Shown here: piece by piece, positions 45,999-52,362 of the stretch | Layout: the number at the start of each line of letters is the position of its first letter | Position numbering within the stretch: the stretch's first letter is position 1 | Assembly: GCA_963733195.1 (NCBI GenBank) | Contig: CAVTCR010000013.1 | Location: 1-52,362, forward strand | Direction: 5' to 3' | Length of the DNA stretch: 52,362 bases | From: an uncultured delta proteobacterium | GTDB taxonomy: Bacteria > Desulfobacterota > Binatia > Bin18 | Translations under genes and position numbers: made by a program | The notes under the pieces: model-generated | Databases searched by the model: none | The model's input: the letters and a program-made list of their open reading frames with translations, nothing else | Told to the model about the DNA's origin: nothing

Positions 45999-48404
45999 GT
46001 GGGGCGTCTCGTCATTGCCGCACCGCAGAGTGGTGCGGGGAAAACAACTCTTTGCCTTGGTCTTTTGGCCGCTTTGTCTCGACGCGGTGTGCGCGTCCAG
46101 CCGTTCAAGGTCGGTCCGGATTTCATCGACCCTGGGCTCCATTACCTTGCAGCTGGGGCAGTGTCACACAACCTTGATGGGTGGATGCTCTCACGCGCGG
46201 AGAACCGTGCGCTCTTCGACGCCCATACCTATGGGAGGGATGTCGCCCTTGTCGAAGGCGTGATGGGACTCTTCGATGGACGTGGAGAAACTGCTGAAAA
46301 AATTCCCCCAGGAAGCACGGCGGAACTTGCCGTATGGCTCGAAGCTCCTGTCGTCCTTGTAGTCAATGCCCAAGGCCAAGGACAAAGCATCGCCGCTCTT
46401 ATCAAAGGCTTTGAAGAATTTCATCCACAGCTTCATATCGCTGGGGTTATTTTTAACCGTGTCGGTGGCGCTCGCCATACACGTTTACTTACCCACGCGG
46501 TCGAAACGCATTGTCGCGCCCGCGTGCTCGGCAGTATTCCGCGGGATGCAGAGATTGCTATTCCAGAGCGACACTTGGGACTCCAGACCGCCGACGATTT
46601 TCAGGGTTCTGCCTCTTTCTGGGATTGCCTTGCCCGTCTGATTACTAGACATACTACGCGGAATAACTTTCGCTCATGTTCGCAGCCGCCGTTTGCGGTA
46701 CCGTACGCGGAGATCGTGTAACCCACACGCGACAACCATTACTGAAACTGACAGGTCCGTTTTGGTATTGCGCAAGACGTCCTTCACGATCCGGGAGCGT
46801 TTCACGCCAGCCAAAGCATGCTCCACGCGGAGCCGGACGCGGGACAGTTTGCGGTTGTGGCGCTTTTGCCCACGGGTTAACGCGCCCTTGCGCGGCTTTT
46901 TTTCGGCTGGTGGGTCTGCTGCACTTTGGGTGCGTACCCCTGAAAGCCGGTGTCCTGATACAGGATTGTTCCCCGTGGATAGCGAAGCGGTTCGGTATCG
47001 ACGATCTTTTTGTCATGCATTTTCCCGGCATACGTCTGACTCAAATAGCCCACGCGCTTGGTCTTCGCATCGACCACCACGATGTTCTTGTCACTATGCG
47101 TTTTCTGCTTGCCGCTGTAGTGCAAGGCCTGTTGGACCGGGTTTTTCGGACGCTGCCGCCGCCGATCGGTCCCGTCAATAATCAGCTCCGCCGCTTCCTG
47201 GTGGCGGCGTTCATGGAAGTGCAAACTTGTCAGGCTGCCGAGTCGGCAGAACGCCGAACTCGTCCAGCGCTTGCTTGAGAATCGGCAGCAACCGCTGGAG
47301 CCACCGGTTCACGCGTGACTGGCTCAGTCCAAAAATCTCGGCCAGCACCACCTGCAGCGGATAGGTCTTCTGATACACCGAGCTAAACAGCAGTTTCTGC
47401 TCCGTCGTCCTCAGCTGCCCTTTGCGACCGCCTCCCGCCTGTCGCTTGCGGATACTACCGTCCGCCGTTTTGTCCTCCGGGTACACGGTCGCATAGGCGG
47501 TGCGAAACGCCTGACGCAACACGACAAACTCTTGTGTGTCAGCCCCGTCTACGCCAACAATCGTCGTCGGTCTTTTTTCAGTCGGTTATATTCAAGCGCC
47601 CACCATTGTAGCTTATTTCGCATATGTCTACGAACATGTCGATCTCACGGCACTTCTTGGCGTGGCCAACGCTGCCGGGGAATTACCATCAATTTATGCT
47701 CTACCGCTATGGCGTCATCAAGACCACATATTCGTCTCGGCGTTGCCCGTGACGCAGCGTTTTGTTTTTATTACCACGATAATTTTCACCGATTACGCGC
47801 GGCTGGTGCTGAGCTCATTTTCTTCAGTCCGCTCGTTGACGCGCAATTGCCAAACGATCTGGACGCCTTGTGGATTGGCGGTGGCTATCCCGAACTGCAT
47901 GCCGCAACGTTGGCTGCAAACATGAGCATGCGTGAAGACATTCGTCGGTTTGCCGAGACAGGGCATCCAATCCACGCCGAGTGTGGCGGGCTCATGTACT
48001 TGTGTGAGACGTTGTATGACGCCACCGCGGTCACTCACCCTATGGTTGGCCTCTTTCCTTTTCAGACGCGCATGACGCCACGCCGCCATGCGCTTGGCTA
48101 TCGCGAGATCACCGTTGGCTCCGGCAATCCCTTCTTCCCTGCTGGCTTGCGTTTGCGCGGCCATGAATTTCACTACTCTGAGATGATCGAAGGCATGCCT
48201 AACGCAGAGCACGTCCGCCATACTCTCACGGTGCAGGATAGCAATCATTCTACTTGCGACGAAGGATTCACCATCAAGCGGACACTGGGCACCTATACGC
48301 ACGTTCATCTGGGCAGCCATCCAAACGCTGCCCAGTATTTCGTTGATCGCATTGCCACAATTGACGACCACAATCTGTCACCGGAGGCCTCGCTGTGTCT
48401 GTAG
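45999..48404 (+). pseudogene. cbiA: Cobyrinate a,c-diamide synthase, interrupted by an IS and a further frameshift (~47700)
   Basis: SGAGKTT, FKVGPDFIDP, EGVMGLFDG, IPERHLGL | ARDAAFCFYY, GGGYPE, AECGGLMYL, GHEFHYS. Confidence 0.92.
46646..47630 (-). mobile_element. IS5-family (DDE_Tnp_4-like) insertion sequence, decayed
   Basis: IIDGTDRRRQRP...YSGKQKTH, QDTGFQG, A7 frameshift (PKK|KPR), R.RVEH. TIRs TAGACATA...GAATAA. Removing it restores the cbiA frame. Confidence 0.88.
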
Positions 48405-48410
48405 AAAAAG

Positions 48411-49370
48411 ATGCGAAGGCCGCCTGTACCGCAGCCACAATCTGCTGCCGAAGGCCACGTGATGCCTCCTGAAGGGCAGAGCGAAAAGCCGCGCGCATTG
48501 CGCACCGGGTTTACCACCGGCGCGTGCGCAGCAGCGGCGGCGAAAGCAGCGGTACAAGCCCTCCACACTGGTGACGCGCAGACGACCGTTGATATTGGCC
48601 TGCCGAACCGACAGCGTGTGTCATTCACGATCGCACGCACAGTTGAGTGGCACGGCGGGATACTCTGTGGGGTCATCAAAGACGCTGGGACGACCCCGAT
48701 GTCACACACGGTGCGGAGATCTGTGCGGTCGTGTCTCCAGTTTCCTCCGGCTCGGGAATCCTGCTCGAAGGAGGAGAGGGGGTCGGGCGCGTGACGAAGC
48801 CCGGACTTGGTCTCACGGTTGGGGATTCAGATATTACCGAAGTCCCCCGCCGTCTCATTACCCAGGCCGTCACCGAAGCCTTACATGACACTGCGCACGC
48901 TGATGCACGGGTGGTGATTACCGTGCCAAACGGGGAAGAGCTGGCGAAGCAGACATTACTCGGGCGCCTCGGCATTGTAGGAGGGATCGGCATTTTAGGC
49001 ACCACAGGGATCGTCAAGCCGTACTCTACGGGTGCGTTCCGTGCCAGCATTAGTCAAGCCATTGATGTCGCCCTTGCTGCGGGTGCGGATGAAGTGGTGT
49101 TCACGACTGGTGGCCAGTCAGAGAAATTCGCCCAACGTCTGCTGTCCTTGCCTGAAGAGGCGTTCGTGCAGATGGGTGACTTCGTCGGGTTTGCCATGCG
49201 CGAGGCCGGGCGCAAAGGACTGCGCAAGGCCACGATCGTTGGCATGATTGGCAAGCTCTCCAAAATTGCCGATGGCAAGAAGATGACGCACGCCGCCGGG
49301 TCAGAAGTGAACCTCGCCATGCTGGCGGACATGATGCAGGAATTAGGGGCGCCGACGGTAGTCGTCGAGC
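48411..49370 (+). pseudogene. cbiD: Cobalt-precorrin-5B C1-methyltransferase, frameshifted (~48690) and 3'-truncated
   Basis: LRTGFTTGACAAAAAKAA, KDAG|DDPDVTHGA, GVGRVTKPGL, RLGIVGGIGILGTTGIV, QMGDFVG, GKLSKIA. Confidence 0.9.
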
Positions 49371-49997
49371 AAGTGCTTGCGTTGCAGCCGGACTTAGTTA
49401 TTGTCTCAGGCGCACACCAACGCCGCCGTCAAAGAGGTCTACGGACAACCGGTGTTTTTGTACTTCTCGAATTGCACCGTTTACCTCACTTACTGATGTC
49501 GAGCAAAACATTCTGGCGATTGGCCAAGGGACAGGGGAAGCAGACAAAGCGCGCGCGTTGGTGGCCATGATGGAACAGCGATTCTCTGACGTGCAACAAC
49601 GAGTAGCGAACTCCCACAGCCCCGTGTCTTGTATTACGCTGCAGGAGGATTCGTGCTGGGCAAGGGAACGACGATGGATGAGATGATTGCCTATGCCGGA
49701 GGGCGTAATGTGGCGGTAGAGGCTGGCATACAGGGAGGGAAGAAAATGTCACAAGAGAAGCTAGTGGCCCTTAATCCCCCCGTCATCCTGGTGAGCGGCG
49801 AAGTTGGTCAAGAAGGACTGCGGGAGTTACTGCTCGCCGACCCGACGCTGCAGGAGGTGGACGCGATTCGTGCGGGCCGCGTGTACGCGATCCCTCGCGC
49901 CTACACCAGCACGGTCTCTCAATATGTGGTGAAGTGCGTAGATGCGATTGCCCAGGTGCTGCATCCTGAAGTCTTTCCTCAGGGAGATCGTTCTTGA
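49361..49997 (+). pseudogene. 5'-truncated, frameshifted cobalamin/iron ABC substrate-binding protein (BtuF-like)
   Basis: VEQVLALQPDLVIVS, G.GTTMDEMIAYAGGRNVA, SQEKLVALNPPVIL, AIRAGRVY...LHPEVF. Confidence 0.75.
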
Positions 49998-50989
49998 ATG
50001 TGTCGGCGACTACGATGCCTGTGGTGTTCAAACCAACAGTGGTATATCAGCGTCGTTGGCCATTGGTCGTCTGTGCCATGCTACTGTTTTGCTCGATGAC
50101 TATCGCCTCTGCTCTCGGGGCGGTAACGTTTCCGCTTGATACGACAGCAAGACTACTAGCGAAAAGCATAGCTGGATTTCCCATTTCCGGTGAAGAACAG
50201 GCGCAGGCCGCCATCATCTACCTGATTCGCTTTCCCCGCGTACTGGCGGCGGCGCTGGTCGGCGCGGCATTGGCACTAGCCGGCGTGATCATGCAAGGAT
50301 TGTTTCGCAATCCCCTGGCTGACGCGGGCATTATCGGAGTCTTAAGTGGCGGCGCCTTGGGAGGCGTAATCGTTATCAGCACGGGACTGGCGGCGACCTC
50401 GTTCGTCGCGGTGCCGTGCGCGACCTTTACCGGCGCGCTCTGTACGGCATTTGCAGTTTACTTTTTCACCACTCGGAGGGGACGCACCCCACTCACAACG
50501 CTACTGTTGGTGGGAATCGCCGCGAATTCGGTGCTGTTGTCCCTCACTTCACTGGTCCTCAGCTTATCCCCTGATTATGAGGTCTCGCGGCAAATGCATT
50601 TTTGGCTCATGGGAGGACTGGACGGTCGGGGGTGGCTGCATGTGCAGATGATCCTGCCTTTTCTTGTGGTCGGCTTGTTGCCTTCCTTACTTCTCAGCCG
50701 TGATCTCAATGTGTTATTGCTCGGGGAAGAAACGGCGATGACGCTGGGACTGAACATTGAATTGGTACGGCGCATCCTTTTGGCGCTGTCCGCATTGTTG
50801 GCCGGGGCGGCAGTGGCGATCAGCGGCACAGTCAGTTTTGTCGGTTTGGTGATTCCCCATATCATGCGACTGATCGTCGGACCGGACCATCGGCTGTTGC
50901 TGCCGGCAGCAGCGTTAGGCGGCGCGATCTTTCTCGTGTGGTGCGACCTGCTCACCCGTACGCTGGCGCCGACTGAGGAACTGCGACTA
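49994..50989 (+). pseudogene. FecCD/BtuC-family ABC permease truncated by IS630
   Basis: IRFPRVL, MQGLFRNPLAD, FWLMGGL, A.TLGL, FVGLVIPH, GPDHR; breaks at EELRL, where LPVG would be expected. Confidence 0.88.
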
Positions 50990-52362
50990 GTGGATCGCTT
51001 CACAAGTGTCTCACCCAGCTAAACCGTTAGTGGCCGCCCTGTATAAGTCCACTTGAATGGTTTCGCGAGTGTCGCATTGAAGTATGCGATGAACTCCAGA
51101 ATTCTCTGGCGCAGTTCGGCCGTTGATTTGCATGATGCGCGTTTGAGTAAACGACGCCCCAGAAGGCTGAACCACAGTTCGATCTGATTGAGCCACGAGC
51201 AATGCTTGGGCGTGTAGACAAACCGGAGGCGATGTTCCGTGCAGAAAAGAAACTCGGCGCGAGTGGGCATGGATTTCAGGATGCCGGCTTTGCCTTTCTC
51301 CCCCAGATCGCCCGTCTCACCGATGGTGTTCGCAACCCATTGGACCAGCGATTCCGATTGATGGGTGTTGAGTTGATCGGTGATGAAGATCCATCGATCA
51401 TCCGGAGCGGTCGCGACTGTCCGTGCAATATGGGCAACGAAGTCTTGTTCCGTGCGCGTCGCACCAAGGCTGGGAGCGAGCTGTTTTCCGGTCGCCACCG
51501 CGAAATTGGCAGTCAGGCATTGCGTGCCGTGACGAACGTATTCGTATTCCTGCCGTTCGGTCTTGCCCGCTTGGCCGGCGACGCCCGGGTGCATCGGCTT
51601 TGTGGGCGCGGCGCGTTCAAGTGCTTGAATCCCAGTCTTTTCGTCTGTGCTCACGAGATGAACGCCTTGGGCATGCAGAGCGGCAGCCTGGTGGGAAAGC
51701 TCGCACACTGTTTTGACTTGCTCGCGAAACTCTTCCGTGTTTCGGTCCGGTGCGTTGAGCCAGTACTCAATCCGATGCGGTTTGAGATCGGCCTGATTTT
51801 AAAAAACGCTCGACACTTGACGGGGAGATGCTTGCGACGAGTTTGCGTTTGATAACCTCGTCGGCCCACTCCGCTGGCGGCCAGTGACTGATGGGGCGCT
51901 CGCTCTTGGCCGGTTCTTCGCACGCGACCGCGATGATCTGCACGATCTGCTCAGCCGTGAAGGTCGGTGGCGTTCCACTCCGCGGCAGATCACTCAAGCC
52001 AGTCAGGACCAAGGCACGCAAATCTTCGTCGCTGATCTCGGCGGCTTCGGCGCTTGTCAGTTTCGGGCTCACCTCGATCCAGCGTGCGCGCCAATAACGA
52101 ACGGTTCCGCGATCCAGATTTTGCGTGCGCACCAATTCGTGATTGCCGGCTCCATCGGACATCGCCAGAATCAACGAGGCGCGAACAACCAACCGGTATT
52201 CCGTGCTGCGTTGCCGAGCCATTTCTTCAATGATCTTCCGAACTCTTGCGGTGAGTTCGATCTTCGGAGCGGCTCTATACGGCATCTGTTACTCCTGATA
52301 GAGGGATAACTTCCTGCCGCAATTTTATCACCCTTCAATATTGCGTGGAGAATTTTTAGAAG
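50988..52362 (-). mobile_element. IS630-family insertion sequence (two-ORF, probable -1 frameshift); other end at or beyond the window edge
   Basis: ORF-A 52285-51767 (HTH, DLPRSGTPP); T6A4 slippery site at ~51797-51806; ORF-B with DEKTGIQALER, EYVRHGT, DQLNTH, SWLNQIE, KPFKWTY; TA at 50988. Confidence 0.92.

Noticed and set aside
1-52362. CRISPR array, tRNA or rRNA genes
   Set aside because: No regularly spaced 25-45-nt repeats with unique spacers, and no cloverleaf or rRNA signature seen by eye. The heptamer arrays lack spacers.

Overview
Bacterial chromosomal window, mid-GC by eye. Gene style (many LLM/F420-type oxidoreductases, hydantoinase/oxoprolinase pair, heptamer-repeat spacers) suggests a deltaproteobacterial-like lineage such as Binatota, but this is inference. 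Layout: (1) 1-13.3 kb: LonC-like protease with Hsp20, rodZ, a three-subunit Co-type nitrile-hydratase-like operon, LLM oxidoreductases, AKR, MBL hydrolase, a broken PyrD-like gene and a Nudix hydrolase. (2) 13.4-16.2 kb: an unusual two-gene cassette, a membrane protein with a GrpE-like C-terminus plus an Hsp70 ATPase domain fused to a helical/membrane-hairpin domain. This is the best candidate for an undescribed system. (3) 17.3-25.1 kb: a defence/TA island (DUF433-PIN, IS630, fused REase-MTase plus S subunit, two helical-partner/HNH pairs). (4) An acetone-carboxylase/hydantoinase-like pair. (5) An intact housekeeping block rplU-rpmA-obgE-proB-proA-nadD-rsfS, an M23 peptidase, and mltG-membrane protein-MoxR. 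(6) A 457-bp direct repeat carrying a dead HPt fragment on each side of higBA. (7) A cobalamin riboswitch heading a cbiA-cbiD-btuF-btuC operon wrecked by two IS elements and an apparent internal deletion. No rRNA, tRNA or CRISPR array was seen. All family calls come from motif recognition by eye, not from database searches.
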